Assembly: GCA_002269645.1 (NCBI GenBank)
Contig: NIVC01002945.1
Coordinates: forward strand, 1-46,212
Direction: 5' to 3'
From: Macrostomum lignano
Taxonomy: Eukaryota
Length of the DNA stretch: 46,212 bases
Below the pieces are notes generated by a model, which was not told the origin of the DNA, did no database searches, and was given only the letters and a program-made list of their open reading frames with translations. This document shows, one piece after another, positions 23,291 through 36,657 of this stretch; the stretch's first letter is position 1; every line of letters begins with the position of its first letter. A program made the position numbers and the translations under genes.

Positions 23291-24000
23291 ACACAGGCCG
23301 ACACTGGTGCCCCGGACTCTGCTGGCAGTGCGGCCTTTGTTCGCGCCCAGGCTCTGAAGCGTGCCCTGTGATGCTGCTTTTTTCCACCTGACAGTATATT
23401 TTGTTGTTGTTGTGCATACACCTATAAAAACATATTGCTCTCTGCAAATACAAATTAATTTGGTATGCATTAGCTACTGCCAGCTTCAAGGTTAAAATTA
23501 GAGTGTATGCAATATAAAAAATTAAGCAAAGTTTGTTTCTAAAACTTAAATTCATTTCACATTTATGATAAGATTAAATTGTGAATTATGCATTGTTTTT
23601 TTTATTTAAGATGTGCAATTTTCACATTTTAGATGCTGTAGCCCTAGCCAGTAAGGCATCATTGTTTACCCTAAAAATGTTTAGATAACAATTTGTGCAC
23701 TATTTCTATATACTGTTTCTATATGCTAACCTATAAAACTATGTAAATTTGTAAAAAGGCAGCTGAAACAAAGATTTTTTAATATTTGGGTTTAATTAAG
23801 ATGTACACTTTGCACATTTATAATTCCTTTTTGTAATTTGTCCTCCAAAAAGTTATAGGATTTTATTTATAAAATGGGGCTATATGAGTGTAATATAGAT
23901 ATGATAAAATGATTTTTTTATGTATCAAGCTTTTCTAAAAAGAAAAAATTAATGATTTTACATTTACTTTAAAATATTTTCCAGCTCAACAGACCATAAA

Positions 24001-26520
24001 ATGGCTGGCTTTACCCCCAAACCATCTGGTAGTCTATTTGGTGGGACTAGCTCTGGGTCTCCATTTTCTGGCTTTGGCGCTCCATCAACTGCCGCTGGAA
24101 CTGCCACCACAGGATTTTCTGGCTTTGGCACTCCGTCAACTGCCGCTGGAACTGCCACTACAGGCTTTTCTGGTTTTGGCACTCCATCAACTGCCGCTGG
24201 AACTGCCACCACAGGCTTTTCTGGTTTTGGCACTCCATCAACTGCCGCTGGAACTGCCACCACAGGCTTTTCTGGTTTTGGCGCTCCGTCAACTGCCGCT
24301 GGAACTGCCACCACAGGCTTTTCTGGTTTCGGCGCTCCGTCAACTGCCGCTGGAACTGCCACTACAGGATTTTCTGGCTTTGGCGCTCCAACTGCCGCTG
24401 GAACTGCCACCACAGGATTTTCTGGCTTTGGCGCTCCATCAACTGCCGCTGGAACTGCCACTACAGGATTTTCTGGCTTTGGCGCTCCGTCAACTGCCGC
24501 TGGAACTGCCACCACAGGATTTTCTGGCTTTGGCGCTCCGTCAACTGCCGCTGGAACTGGAACGACAGGATTTTCTGGCTTTGGCGCTCCATCAACTACA
24601 ACTGCAGCTGGAAGTACCACAGGTACTTTGCCAGGCTTTGGAGGCTTCAGCGCTGCATCTTCCACCGCAGCCAGTACAGCTGGAGCGAACCCGTCAGCCT
24701 TTGCCGGTCTCGGCAGCGCTGGGACCGGCTTCTCGGGCTTCGGGTCCAGCGCAGCTGCCACACCTGCCGCTTCCACCGCCACCACCGCCGGCTCTCTGAC
24801 CGGATTCAGCCTGTCTTCAGCGACTTCCACTGCAGCTCCGGCCACTGCGGCATTCAGCGGCTTCGGACAGCAGACAGCAGCTTCCACCGCCGCCCCGGCG
24901 GCTGGCAGTGCCACCTCTTCAGCGGCTGCCACCACAGCTGCCAGCCTAATCGGCTTTGGCCTCTCCGCGGCCTCTGCCTCGGGCGGCTCTACGTTGCCAT
25001 CGTTTGGCGCCAGCGCATTCAGCACAGCGAAGCCGGCGGTAGCCACTACCGCTGCTAAATTTGTGGGATTTCAGCTGCCCGCAGCTTCATCGGCAACCGC
25101 GTCATCGGCCTCGGCTGCTGCGGTGCCCGCCGCCTCGTCTGCGGCAGCCGCTGCTACCAGCAGCTCCGGAGCGGCCCCGCAGACCAGCGTCAGCAGCGGC
25201 GGCAGCCTCACCTATCAGCAGCTGGACGAGCTGGTCAGCCAGTGGACTGCCGAGCTGGTAGATCACGAGAGACAGTTCCTGGAGGAGGCGGCGCGGATCA
25301 ACGCTTGGGACCGCTATTTGCTGGAGAACGGGAAGAAGGTTAGCAAGGTTTATTAAGCATGGCGTCTCATACAGCTTCAGGTCATTTCTCAGCGTAGCAC
25401 TCACCATGGCAGAGACATGATTTATATATCCAAGGAATTAGCTTGAAATTCTTCCCTATAAGAGCCGGGGCTCAGTTTGGCCCAGTTCCGCCCACGCCCA
25501 CAGTAAACATTTTTACTTGCCCCGCCCGAAATCGCACGACATTTCGTACAAACTTTAAGTAGTGTAAAGTTTGCACTACTTACAGCAACAGTAGTATATA
25601 TGTACAGTATAGCTAGCATACTTCTGTTTCGCCTAAATCCGGCACTGCCTGACCACACCTTTGCCCTCAGATTGGCGAGCTGCAGGAGCAGGTGGACCGG
25701 GCGGTCTCAGACCAGACAAGGCTGGACCAGGAGCTCGAGTTCCTGGCCTCGCAGCAGCAGGAGCTGGAAGAGGCCCTGGCGCCCCTGGAGCAGGCGGTGC
25801 AGGCCATGCCGCCCACCGGCCAGTCGCAGGCGGACAGGGAGCGGGAGGCGCTGTTTAACTTGACGGAGAGTCTGGACTCTGAGCTGCGGCATTCGATGCA
25901 GGAGGTTCGAGAAGCTGTGGAATATGTCAACAGCCAGCAGGGCGGCGGCGGCTCTGGCAGCAGCGGCGAGGCGGACGCCATGGGCAAAATCAGCCGGATT
26001 TTGGGTGCCCACCTCGAGTCGCTGCAGTGGATCACCCACACTACGCGTGAGTTGGCGATTGGGATATGTGGGTTGTCAGCTTGGTTTTTTGCTGGGTAAA
26101 TCGCACAGTGAAAGGATGCAAAGTTAAAGTTTGGCCTGATTGGCAAGGTTTGACAAAAGAACGTTTAACACAGGCGGAATTTGTGTGCAGTTTTTGTATT
26201 TGTCAGGGTGTGGGGTTATCAGGGTGGGGGTTGTCAGTATGTGCTGGGTTGTCAATGTGTGTTGGGTTGTCAGGGTGTGAGGTTGTCAATGTGTGTTGGG
26301 TTGTCAGGGTGTGGGGTTGTCAATGTGTGCTGGGTTGTCAGGCTGTGGTGGATTATCTTCTAGCATAGTTGTCAGGTGAGCAGTGGTCAGGTAGTTGTAT
26401 ATTTGTTGTCAAAGTGTTCAGCTAGGAATGATGAAGAATATTTTAATTGCAGAATCCCTTCAGAGAAAGATGGACTCGCTGTCGGAAGAAATCAAACTGA
26501 AGCAGCGCAGCTTTATTTGA
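24001..26520 (+). CDS. NUP62: Nucleoporin p62 (Nsp1 family); join(24001..25338,25671..26046,26453..26520), 593 aa
   Basis: N-terminal FG repeats are followed by the Nsp1_C coiled coil (LTYQQLDELVSQWTAEL...AWDRYLLENGKK|IGEL...RLDQELEFLASQQQELE...ADREREALFNLTESLD...RILGAHLESLQWI). Introns are canonical GT-AG with consistent phases (0, 1). Confidence 0.95.
26180..26350. repeat. GT-rich degenerate repeat in NUP62 intron 2
   Basis: gggttgtca(g/a)-based units. Confidence 0.7.
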
Positions 26521-26801
26521 ACATTGGACTTCAATAATGTCGGCTTCTGTTGTGTACGAGTAATGAACTTCTATAATGATTCAAATGTCCCAGTGTCACC
26601 TTGGCTGCTAAGAAGTGCATTTTTCAATGACTACTTGTTTACTAGTGTGCGTATACTTATAATCGTGTATGACAAAATAAATAGTCGAAAATTCAAGACA
26701 CAAGTGCCGCTGCAATTGACTCATAAATTATCATTAACGCATAAAATGCTGTCTTTCTCGTATCTTGTATTTATTTCATGCTAAATTAGGAACATAAAGA
26801 G

Positions 26802-27542
26802 TCAGCCGGCTATTGGAAGCTCCTTGGTGGCTGCTCTGCGCCTGGCGAATGACTCGAATAGAGTCCACCGCTGAGTCAGGGCTGAAGGCTTTCCGCTACC
26901 CGTCAGCTGCAGGTCCAGCCTGTCTATGGCCCAACCCTTGGACAGGTTCGACGACGGCTGTATGCTGAGTATGCTGGGCCTCATCTCCGCGGCGTCATCT
27001 GGTTGGGAAGAGTCTGGCTTAGTAGCCGATCTGAAAGAAAAGTGCGAGAGTGCAAGTCTGCGAGCTGCGGGTTGCTTGCTCGACTTCAGGAAAAAATCCG
27101 CCTCACCCAGGCGAGTCCGTAGACGAAGCGTAGACGTAGAGCAGGCCGCTGGACTTGCTGCCCTGCAGCTCGCACTTGACCCGAATTTGCCGATTGGGCC
27201 CGCTGCCGGCCAGCTGGCTCAGATCCGTGAACTGATCGGCCTCGCGCCGGGTTACCAGCTTGGTGAGGCGGATCTGCTTGCCCAGAATCTGCTGCATCTG
27301 AGGATAATCCTGAACCAACTGCAGCGCCTGTGTGCAGTACTCTGCCTGCAGCGACTTTCCTGCAATGTTTTCCATATTGAGACTGAGCCAAATTCCCATT
27401 TTTAGAGCTTGTCTGAGCACGATAAGCACAACTTACTACTGGAATATTTGCTCCAAAAGTAGTATGTTGCGCAACCAGTCGCGGCCAGGATGTTAAACCG
27501 TAAAATGCCTGACATGCCCCCGGGACTGTGGCGCTTAAACAT
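26802..27542 (-). CDS. COA1/Tim21-like mitochondrial inner-membrane protein; complement(join(26802..27030,27107..27359,27437..27542)), 195 aa
   Basis: A single TM (ILAATGCATYYFW) precedes YCTQALQLVQDYPQMQQILGKQI...LQGSKSSGLLYVYA...WAIDRLDLQL. The 77- and 76-bp GT-AG introns have matching phases. Confidence 0.75.
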
Positions 27543-28399
27543 GTCTGGATTTTTGGTTTGAAAGAATGCTCAGCTGCATGCAAATGGTAGGTCAGGCTTG
27601 AGTAAAATTTGTCTCACCTATTAAAGCTTGTCTGGATTTCACAAAGCAGCTGTTTCCAGCAACATGTAAAATAAAAAGCCCAAACAAAAAATAATTAATA
27701 ATGCGGAGTCTGGAGAGTCGATGACGCAGTGTAAGTGCGGTTGAGAAGGACATTATATTTCAGTGAAAACTGTGCATGCTTTTCCAAAACATCAATTAGA
27801 TGTTATGAATAAATACGAATTGCACAATTGTAGTTGCAGTAACACAAATATCAAATAAAAAGTGCAGAAAACTGCTTTTATTCGTGAGTGAGTGCTTTTA
27901 AAGAGATAAAAGGCTCCTTCTAAAGAAAATTCTTTATACGATTGCAGGAAATCAAAGCACTTAAAATCGTGACATTCAAGATAGAAAGTACATTAGCTCT
28001 AAGGCATTGGTAATCAATTCTAAAAAAACTATTAAAATTATTGCTTTAAGAGCAACATAGCAAACCTGAAAAGGGCAAAAGCAGGTGCAAAACATTTTAT
28101 ACAATTCGGTGCAAAAGCAATGGCTGGATTTTTAAATAGCTGGACAGTGAAACACGAAAACTACAAGACACGTAAGATTTGAGTATTTGCTGTAAAATTC
28201 GGTAAAAAGTGAGAGAAAACACTGGACCCCAGAAACAGCTGCATTGAATACAAAAAACAATATTGATACTTTGAACAGTTTAGTAAAGTATTGGAAGTGA
28301 CGCTAGCAAAACAATTGGGGATACGGACCATAGCAACGGTTTTTGTTTACTTTGGATACGGCTTGTTGTAATCTAAACCTATCCAAATATACGCCAGGT

Positions 28400-28625
28400 C
28401 AATCACTGTGCTCATGCGCTCATGTACTTATGTGCTTATGTACTTATGTGCTCATGTACACGTACTCATGTACTTATGTGCTCATGTACACGTACTCATG
28501 TACTCATGTACACATACTCATGTGCTTATGTGCTCATGTACACGTACTCATGTACTCATGTACACATATACCCATGTGCTCATGTAGACATGTACTCATG
28601 TGCTAACCTACACGTGCTCATGTAC
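28400..28625. repeat. Degenerate purine-pyrimidine repeat (tgtgctcatgtacacgtactca-like)
   Basis: Repeated tgctcatgta and tactcatgta words. Confidence 0.8.
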
Positions 28626-28726
28626 ACATTTCCCACCTATCGTCAACCTGATGGACATTCAGTACCTTCGACGCGATGATCAAAGCATTAAAAAGAGAAT
28701 TTCAGCCTCTACTGTCAATCAATCAA

Positions 28727-31700
28727 TCAATAATACACCGGCTGGTCTCGGGTGCTGCAGCCATCGCGGATCTCTTCATACAGCGGGTACGTGGCCGCCG
28801 CGGCGGAGCCTCCGACCACACCGCTCTGATTCGGCTGCTGCGACAGAAGCTTCGACTGGCACGAAGGGCTGCCGACTCCGCTGTGGCTGCTGCTGGTGCC
28901 GGCCGACTGCTGCCGAATCGCCGGCGGCGGAGGTCGCGGAGGAGGCGGCAGCTGCTGCTGCTGCTGTTGCTGCTGGTGGCGAAAGCTTAGCGGCTCGGCG
29001 AGCACGGTGAAGATGGAGAAGTCGCTGAACGCCGTGCCGTCGGGCAGGTCGTAGGGAGTCGGGCCGCTGCCGCCTCCGCCGACGCCACCCCCAGTGGGGT
29101 ATTTGTAGCCGCTGGAGACCGCGTTCTGTCGCCGGTCGTAGGTCGAGTCGTCGGCATCGTCAGAAGACCGGATGGCCGCCTCCTCGAAGGTAATGACGCC
29201 GATCTGGGCGATTGAAACGGATTAGGGAGGATTGAAGATTTAGGGTGGATTAACGATGGATTAAGGATTATAAATGGCTTGAGGATTAGGGATAGATTGA
29301 GGATTTAGGATGGATTAACGATGGGTTGAGGATTGGGTATGGGGGTTGAGGATTAGGGATGGGGGTTGAGGATTAGGGGTGGGGGTTGAGGATTAGGGAT
29401 GGGGGTTGAGGATTAGGGATGGGGGTTGAGGATTAGGGATGGGGGTTGAGGATTAGGGATGGGGGTTGAGGATTAGGGATGGGGGTTGAGGATGAGGGGT
29501 GGGGTTGAGGATTAGGGATGGACTAAGGGTTAAGAATGAGTTGCGGATTAAAGATGGATTAAGGATGGTTAAGTCTGAGCTAAATGAGTATTAAGGATGA
29601 GTTGCGATCATAGATTGAGAAGATTCTCAGACGTCACAAGTAGCTGCTAACTAATAGCAATATTAGAATGCATGGATGAAGTTAAACATGTGCCGCAGAC
29701 TTATCAATTACTAATGAATAGAAAATGGTTTCAGTCAGAGGGTCACTTTTGTCTAAATTCATCCAAGCCTTCTAATTAAAGAATGCGCCGGATTTCCGGG
29801 TTGCCAATAGCAACAGAAAATCAGCCTTAATAAATAATTTATAAATCTGTCCTATTCCAAATCGGATTCATTTTCAGCAGACAAAATAGCTGGACAACTA
29901 AAGCCTATGTAATCGGTCTCATTAGCTTAATTTATTAATGAGATACTCTAAACAAACCCTCAGACAGTGGTTGCCAAGGCGACTGGAAGGAATAGAAAGG
30001 GAAAATGATATCTATGTGACTGGCTAATTAGCATAATTAGCGACACGGCGACGCTATTGCATAAACACAGATTGCCCCGTAACTTGGCCGAGGAGTAACG
30101 GGCATTCGGTCTCCAGTAGTCAAGGGAACGCCTAGCAAAAACAGCTGCCTCGCTAGCAGCCCCAAATCTATTCCATCTGAAAAAAAACAGAAAAACAGAC
30201 AGAGGGGAAGTCAAGCGGAAGGGAAGACATGCTAAGGGAAGCCAGGTAAATAAGAAGACAGGTAGAGGGAAAGGCAGGCAGAGGGGAAGACAGGCAAGGA
30301 AAGACAGGCAAGGAAAGACAGGCAAGGAAAGACAAGCGAAGGGAAGCCAGGTAAATAAAAAGACAGGTAGAGGGAAAGACAGGCAAGGAAAGACAGGCAA
30401 AGGGAAAGATAGGTAGAGGGGAAGACAGGTACAGAGGAAGACAGGTAGAGGGGAAGCCAGGTAAATAAAAAGACAGGTAGAGGGAAAGACAGGCAAGGAA
30501 AGACAGGGAGAGGGGAAGACAGGGAGCGGGGAAGACAGGTACAGAGGAAGACAGGTAGAGAGGAAGACAGGTAGAGGGGAAGACAGGTACAGAGGAAGAC
30601 AGGTAGAGAGGAAGACAGGTAGAGGGGAAGACAGGTAGAGAGGAAGACAGGGAGAGGGGAAGACAGGGAGAGAGGAAGACAGGGAGAGGGGAAGACAGGT
30701 AGAGACTCCCAATCCCAAGACACACTACACACTGGAGCACAAAAGGAGTGAGGTAAAGTGGCGGAGATGACAGTGAACAGAAGCTGTAAATTTTGCTCAC
30801 CTGCGAAGTCTTGATATGAAAGGGGAAGTTGGTGTTGGACACGGTCGGCCTGGTGATGACCAGATAGAACAGTTGGGCAGCGAACAGGATGCCCAGCTCA
30901 ACAAAGTTGACGACCTTCTCTCTCATGTAGTCGGGCACCCTGGTGATGTTGATGGCCACGGCAATGGGGGTGCTGAGCAGCCACAGAGAGAAGAAGGCCG
31001 CCATTGGCGCGTAGAACGAGCGCTTCCTGCGGTGCCTGACGAACGAGTAGCCGCAGCCGGCGATGTAGAACAACCAGGCGGCCAGCATCAGGGCGATGAG
31101 GCCGTAGCCCGGCTGGCTCTCCCACCTGTACAGCACCAGCGCCGGGTCGAAGGTGGCCGCCTCCACGGCGAAGAGGGCGACGTAGCCGACTGCGAATGCC
31201 GTCATGAAGACGGAGATGAGCGCCGTGGCCCAGGTGGGCAGCCGGCCGCAGGTGATTGTGTAGCCGAGGCTCAGCAGCAGCAGCATCATCACGAATGCGA
31301 TGCTGGCCAGTGAGTGCAGCGCCGCGGCTGCGGGTGGGGTCATTTGAGGTCAGGCTGAGTGCATTGGGTCATGCAGAATAGATGAACTGCGATTGATTTT
31401 CTGATGTCACGTGAGGTCATGCAGGCTAAATGATTGGGGATTGGGTGTCCTGAGGTCACTTCAGGTCATGTAGGCTAAATAATTGGGGATTGGGTGTCTT
31501 GAGGTCACTTAAGGTCATGCAGGGTAAATAATTGGGGATTGGGTGTCTTGAGGTCACTTCAGGTCATGTAGGCTAAATAATTGGGGATTGGGTGTCTTGA
31601 GGTCACTTCAGGTCATGCAGGCTAAATGATTGGGGATTGGGTGTCCTGAGGTCACTTCAGGTCAAGCAGGCGATTGGGGTGTGTCTTGAGGTCACCTGAG

Positions 31701-33047
31701 GTCAAGCAGGCTATATGATTGGCGATTGGGTGTCTTGAGGTCACCTGAGGTCAAGCAGGCTATATGATTGGCGATTGGGTGTCTTAAGGTCACTTCAGGT
31801 CATGCAGGCTAAATGATTTGGGGTTGGGAGTCTTGAGGTCACGGTCACGTGAGGTCATGCAGACTATATGATTGGCGATTGGGTGTCTTGGGAGTCTTAC
31901 ACATATAGTGCAGCACTGTGGACTTGTTCCCAGTCGCCCCGTAGCTGATGTAGGCGATGCAAGTCAGGGTGATGGAGAACAGCAGCAGAACGGCAGACAA
32001 CAGAAAAATCTTGTAGGTCGTGTGAAGCAGCTGCTTCTTTCGTAGGCGAACTGAAATTTAAATAAAAGTTTGGCTAATCTTGACGGGTGGCAACTGAGCA
32101 ACTGAGGATCTGGGGGCTCAGCAACTGAGGACCTGGGAGGCTGGCCCAGCAACTGAGGATCTGGAAGGCTGGCCCAGCAACTGAGGATCTGGGAGGCTGG
32201 CCCAGCAACTGAGGATCTGGGAGGCTGGCCCAGCTACTGAGGAACTGGGAAACTGGCTCAACAACTGAGGATCTGGGAGGCTGGCCCAGCAACTGAGGAT
32301 CTGGGAGGCTGGCCCAGCAACTGAGGATCTGGGAGGCTGGCCCAGCAACTGAGGATCTGGGAGGCTGGCCCAGCAACTGAGGAACTGGGAAGCTGGCTCA
32401 ACAACTGAGGATCTGGGAGGCTGGCTCAGCAACTGAGGATCTGGGAGGCTGGCTCAGCAACTGAGGATCTGGGAGGCTGGCTCAGATACTGAGGATCTGG
32501 GGGGGGGGCTCAGCAACTGAGGATCTGAAAGGCTGGCTCAGCAACTGAGGATCTGGGGGGGCTCAGCAACTGAGGATCTGAAAGGCTGGCTCAGCAACTG
32601 ATGATCTGGGGGGCTCAGCAACTGAAGATCTGGGAGGCAAGGTTAGAATTCCAAAGCCAAGGTCTGGGGTTCCCAGAAACACAGACGATCTGAAAACTCA
32701 CTGGCAATCAGGACGGCCAGTACAAGAAGAGCCGACTGCAGAAAGAAGAAGCCAATGTTGAACTCCAGGATGTCTGAAAATAAAGTTCATATTTTTATTG
32801 TCACAAAAGTGGCAAGCAAACTGGAGAACTGGAGAACTGGACACTCACAGATTTCGTCAGCTGAGAAGTGCTCTCTGAACAGGTTGCCCGGTTCGCCGTT
32901 CCTCAGCCACATGTCATAGTGCAGCAGCAGGCCCTGCTCGGCGGGTGGGGATAGGAATGAGTCATGGGCTGCGACAGGCAGACAGAAAAATACTGAGACA
33001 GACAGACAGACCGACACAGACAGACAGACAAACAGAGACAGACAGAA

Positions 33048-33096
<49 letters not shown>

Positions 33097-33099
33097 TAA

Positions 33100-33180
<81 letters not shown>

Positions 33181-33605
33181 TAAACAGACAGACAGACAGA
33201 CAGACAGAAACAGACAGACAGGCAGACAGACAGGCAGACAGACAGAAACAGACAGACAGGCAGACAGACAGAAACAGACAGACAGGCAGACAGACAGAAA
33301 CAGACAGACAGGCAGACAGACAGAAACAGACAGACAGGCAGACAGACAGAAACAGACAGACAGGCAGACAGACAGACAGGCAGACAGACAGAAACAGACA
33401 GACAGGCAGACAGACAGAAACAGACAGACAGGCAGACAGACAGAAACAGACAGACAGGCAGACAGACAGAAACAGACAGACAGGCAGACAGACAGAAACA
33501 GACAGACAGACAGACAGAAACAGACAGACAGGCAGACAGACAGACAGACAGACAGACAGAAACAGACAGGCAGAAAGACAGAAACAGACAGACAGACAGA
33601 CAGAA

Positions 33606-33658
<53 letters not shown>

Positions 33659-33883
33659 AACAGACAGACAGGCAGACAGACAGAAACAGACAGACAGGCA
33701 GACAGACAGAAACAGACAGACAGGCAGACAGACAGAAACAGACAGACAGGCAGACAGACAGAAACAGACAGACAGACAGACAGAAACAGACAGACAGGCA
33801 GACAGACAGACAGACAGACAGACAGAAACAGACAGACAGGCAGAAAGACAGAAACAGACAGACAGACAGACAGACAGACAGAA

Positions 33884-33924
<41 letters not shown>

Positions 33925-36657
33925 AACAGACAGACAGACAGACAGACAGACAGGCAGACAGACAGAAACAGACAGACAGGCAGACAGAAAGAAACAGACA
34001 GACAGGCAGACAGACAGAAACAGACAGACAGGCAGACAGACAGAAACAGACAGACAGGCAGACAGACAGACAGACAGACAGGCAAGCATCCCAAGTCACT
34101 CACGCTGCGGGCCATGCAGTTGGAGATGACAATGAACCACCAGCGCTCCCTGGCCGACTTGAACTGGTACTCCTTGGAGTCGCAGAGCAGGGCCGTGTTG
34201 TTTTCAACCGAACGGCACAGTCCGGAGTCCTTGGACAGCCGGAAGATCTGGTATTTCAGAATTTCCAGGTCGGCCTCCTTCTGAGTGCAGGACTAAAAAG
34301 CAGAAAGAACATTAAATTCAATGCAATTATCAAATTTTCCTATATTTACTTGGAAAATGAAATTCGCATACCAGCTCAGTGTTGTAGACACTGGTCCACA
34401 GGTTTGGCTTGTCCCAGTATAACAGCATGCTTTGTGTCAGGTAAGACTAGGTTGAGAAATTAAACAATGAGATGAGTTAGTATATATTACAGACCTCAGT
34501 TTCATGGCCAGCATTTGTGGTTTCTAATTCTATTCAAAGCACTCACCACAGGATAACGAATGGTAAACTTCAAGGAGCCCTTGTCTGGCAGAAAGCAGAA
34601 TCGCGTAAGGAAATGCCAATTCTGTCAAATTCAGATAGTATTGTCTTATGTTGATTCAAATATAAAGTGTAGAAATCAAGTTCTCTGGTTAAAATATTTG
34701 TTGGAAATTCTCTAGTAAATTGCCAAATAATGAGAGGGAAGAACAGTAAACAGCTGGGTTGGCTTGCAGTCTGTGGGAAAGTGCAGTTTGGAACTGCAAG
34801 CTGCCTGCTTGACTTTTTATCAGGCTGATTGGTTTTATTGTCTATGGCCAAGTGCACTTCTGCAGTAGTGGCTACTGCTGTAGTGAATGGGATTTTCCAA
34901 CATTCACAAAAAGTAAAAATATCATATAGCCAAATAGTTTGTTTTGAAGTGTTTTTAACAAAATGCTTGTAAAATATTTTATAGTATATTTTTTTAAACT
35001 TGATTGATTCCTAAAATTTTCTAAGAAACAAGGTTTCCCATCCTTTTACTTGAATAGTCCTTGTTAGATAGACCTATAGTACACTATATTTGAACTACAA
35101 ATAGAAAATCTAAGTCTAGGATTAGGCATAGCATAGGCAGGGATAGCCCACTTTGGTAACAGACACATTGATAATAGAGACTGATAATAAAGTATATCCA
35201 ATTCAGTAACAGACTAGTATAGATAATATAGATAAACAAGATAATAATATAGATAAATTACAGAACATTACAATATTATATATTTAAAAATGACAAGTTG
35301 TAAAGAAGGTAAGGTCAAAAAACCTATTTAGAAATTGAATGTGTTGTATTTGAATTATACAAATTTATATAAGCTAGTCCTTAGCAAAGCAAATAGTTAC
35401 TAAGCATAACTAAGATATCCCTTTTATAAAATCTATTTGGCTCTGGTTCTGGCTAGATCCTAAAATAGTACATGTGCATATTATTCCTAAAATATTAGGA
35501 CTCTATTACTGAAGTCACCATACTTTATTACTTAAGTATATTATCAAGTTGTTGGAAACCTTCAAGAATTTTGTTTGCTAAACTTGAATTTATGCAAAAT
35601 TTCATTTCTAATAATAAAACATAACTGGGAATTAACCAATAAATTATGAATGAAAAGTTGACATTGAGTTGAATCTAATAAATTAGTTAGGGGGGGGGGG
35701 GGCTAGTTGCTTGCACTTAGTCCATTCAAGGATAATAGAGCCTAATCCAATATATTATGTTGCCAAACTGCATTTTGTGGGTACATCTTGCACCAGAGGA
35801 ATTATTTGAGATGCAGTTCAAAGAATATAGCATTTGTACCATGCAAGCTCTGGCATAAGCCAAATACCTTCAATAAGATTTATATAAATGGTCACATCTT
35901 GTGGGTTCTTTAAGCGTAGTCAGTGGTTCACAACACTGTGATTAGGTAGCTAGTTGTATATTTGCTAGCTATTAGTCAAGATGTTAATGCCTAGAAGAAT
36001 ATACCTAATGTTAATAGATAATTAGTAGGCCTAGCAAGGTTGCCACAATGCCACAGTTTTATCCCTAATTAACATTATCATGTGCATTTATAAGTACCAT
36101 GCTCTATCATTCCTAGCACCCATTGGCCAGGCCAGTATTTACTCTGATAAAATTTTTGGTATATAAAATAGGACTCATCTAATTTTATCTCTTAATTAAA
36201 GCCTTCTAGTTTAGTTAAATGGTCAATGAGTACTTACGAGTATTAGGCATAGATATCCCTAATGTAATTATGCCAATCAACATGTGTTTGTAGGCTAATC
36301 AGCATCTGGTGAGCATCTTATCTTTGCTTTATCTCAATAAATCACCAGTAGATGAGCTGGTTTAGCGATTGGCAGATTGCTAAATTGTCTATTACCAAAG
36401 GCAAAGTGGGCTATAAATAACTAAAATAGGTCTACTTGATTTATTAACCACTTATAAAACTATGACAATGTATTTTAGATTGTATAATACATTTCTAGGC
36501 CTAGTCAAGTATTTCTAGTATTCTTAAATAAACTATAATTAATAAACTGAATTTTACTCACAGAATCTGTTTGAAGAACACCACTGATATGCCTTGCTAA
36601 GTAAGATGGCCAAAGAAGGGACAATATTAATAAACTAAATAAATATAAACTAGTCAT
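28727..36657 (-). CDS. TMEM145: TMEM145-like (GOST/GPR180 family) 7TM protein; complement(join(28727..29203,30801..31327,31901..32050,32702..32773,32849..32933,34104..34292,34372..34446,34547..34621,36562..36657)), 581 aa
   Basis: Signal peptide [21 protein letters not shown], then [53 protein letters not shown] and [10 protein letters not shown]|IG. All 8 introns are GT-AG with consistent phases; the total is 1746 nt. Confidence 0.9.
29280..29525. repeat. 20-bp minisatellite (intronic)
   Basis: Unit gggggttgaggattagggat. Confidence 0.9.
30185..30705. repeat. Purine-rich 12/16-bp repeats (intronic)
   Basis: gacaggtagaggggaa and gacaggcaaggaaa units. Confidence 0.85.
31400..31890. repeat. 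49-bp minisatellite, about 9-10 copies (intronic)
   Basis: ttgggtgtcttgaggtcacttcaggtcatgcaggctaaataattgggga; period 49 (31441 to 31490). Confidence 0.9.
32090..32640. repeat. 28-bp minisatellite, about 19 copies (intronic)
   Basis: Unit ggctggcccagcaactgaggatctggga. Confidence 0.95.
32970..34085. repeat. (GACA)n array with GGCA/GAAA variants (intronic)
   Basis: About 1.1 kb of gaca-based repeats. Confidence 0.97.

Noticed and set aside
23964-25046. 360-aa minus-strand ORF
   Set aside because: It is the antisense shadow of the NUP62 FG repeats.
29280-29525. Interstitial telomere (TTAGGG words; also TTAGGT at 2230-2530)
   Set aside because: The hexamer occurs once per 20-bp unit, not as tandem (TTAGGG)n.
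32787-34129. ORFs of about 400 aa on both strands (CLSV/QTDR)
   Set aside because: They come from the GACA microsatellite inside a TMEM145 intron.
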